From: a virus
Taxonomy: Duplodnaviria > Caudoviricetes
IMG/VR virus record: IMGVR_UViG_3300027518_000022
Coordinates: 1-35,478 of that record
Length of the DNA: 35,478 nucleotides
Reading direction: 5' to 3' (one strand)
Position numbers and translations under genes: made by a program. Shown here in pieces: positions 35,230-35,478 of the stretch. Each line of letters starts with the position of its first letter. The first letter of the stretch is position 1. The notes beneath the pieces are model-generated. The model was not told the DNA's origin. It did no database searches and saw nothing but the letters and a program-made list of their open reading frames with translations.

Positions 35230-35406
35230 GGACGGAGGTGCCCCTCGTGCAAAGGCACGGGATGGGTAATGCGACACTCATCACATGCGACCCACCCTAT
35301 CGGGTGTCACGCGTGTGGGGGCACCGGAGAGCGGAGAGAGCGAAGCGACCGGAGCGATCCGGGCAACACCACTACGCAGGGAGGGCGAAGCCCTTCCCTG
35401 CCGTGA
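35167..35406 (+). CDS. Cassette-borne small zinc-ribbon protein (two CxxCxGxG motifs)
   Basis: CPSCKGTG and CHACGGTG; starts inside the hairpin and ends inside the next site. Confidence 0.65.
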   Translation: MNTSPKTEPESGEPTSPPPLPGRRCPSCKGTGWVMRHSSHATHPIGCHACGGTGERRERSDRSDPGNTTTQGGRSPSLP

Positions 35407-35415
35407 ATGTTCTGC
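35361..35415 (-). mobile_element. attC-like recombination site (55 bp)
   Basis: GGGCAAC, 6 nt, acgcagggagggc, GAA loop, gcccTtccctgcCgt, 4 nt, GTTCTGC. tccgggcaac is the complement of gttgcccgga (35223-35232). Confidence 0.85.
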
Positions 35416-35427
35416 GTTTCGATTAAG

Positions 35428-35478
35428 ATGAAAAGATACGATCCAATCCAATACCTCTCGCAAGGCGGCTCTGCTTAT
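35428..35478 (+). CDS. 3'-truncated ORF of a further cassette
   Basis: MKRYDPIQYLSQGGSAY... open to the window end. Confidence 0.35.
   Translation, partial: MKRYDPIQYLSQGGSAY

Noticed and set aside
1-35478. Stop-codon reassignment, tRNA or rRNA genes
   Set aside because: Core genes are intact in the standard code and use all three stops; no RNA gene was recognised by eye.

Overview
Near-complete, circularly permuted genome (~33.5 kb) of a tailed, long-tailed-type dsDNA phage with lambda-like packaging genes (Nu1-like TerS, GpA-like TerL, lambda-family portal, cos-like site). It also encodes a protease-capsid fusion, tail, lysis, RecT/YqaJ recombination and replication (initiator with iterons, DnaB) modules. 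I found no integrase. Bases 1-104 exactly repeat 33507-33610 and then diverge into different genes. The divergence falls at the first site of the main finding: an array of integron attC-like hairpins (96-196, 410-469, 33602-33700, 35081-35229, 35361-35415) delimiting small gene cassettes at the end of the early operon. The sites are oriented on the minus strand while the genes are on the plus strand. The AAC crossover triplet is read in frame as Asn wherever an ORF crosses it, and two sites carry an ATGA stop/start overlap. This looks like a phage-adapted, integrase-less cassette-shuffling system. A second finding is a phage-specific promoter motif (TTG-N11-YGTTTTGTDG) in 7 copies. Six sit 34-36 nt before the ATG of virion/lysis genes, including two back-to-back divergent pairs, matching the scrambled two-strand layout of the morphogenesis genes. 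All calls come from reading the sequence by eye; no searches were run.
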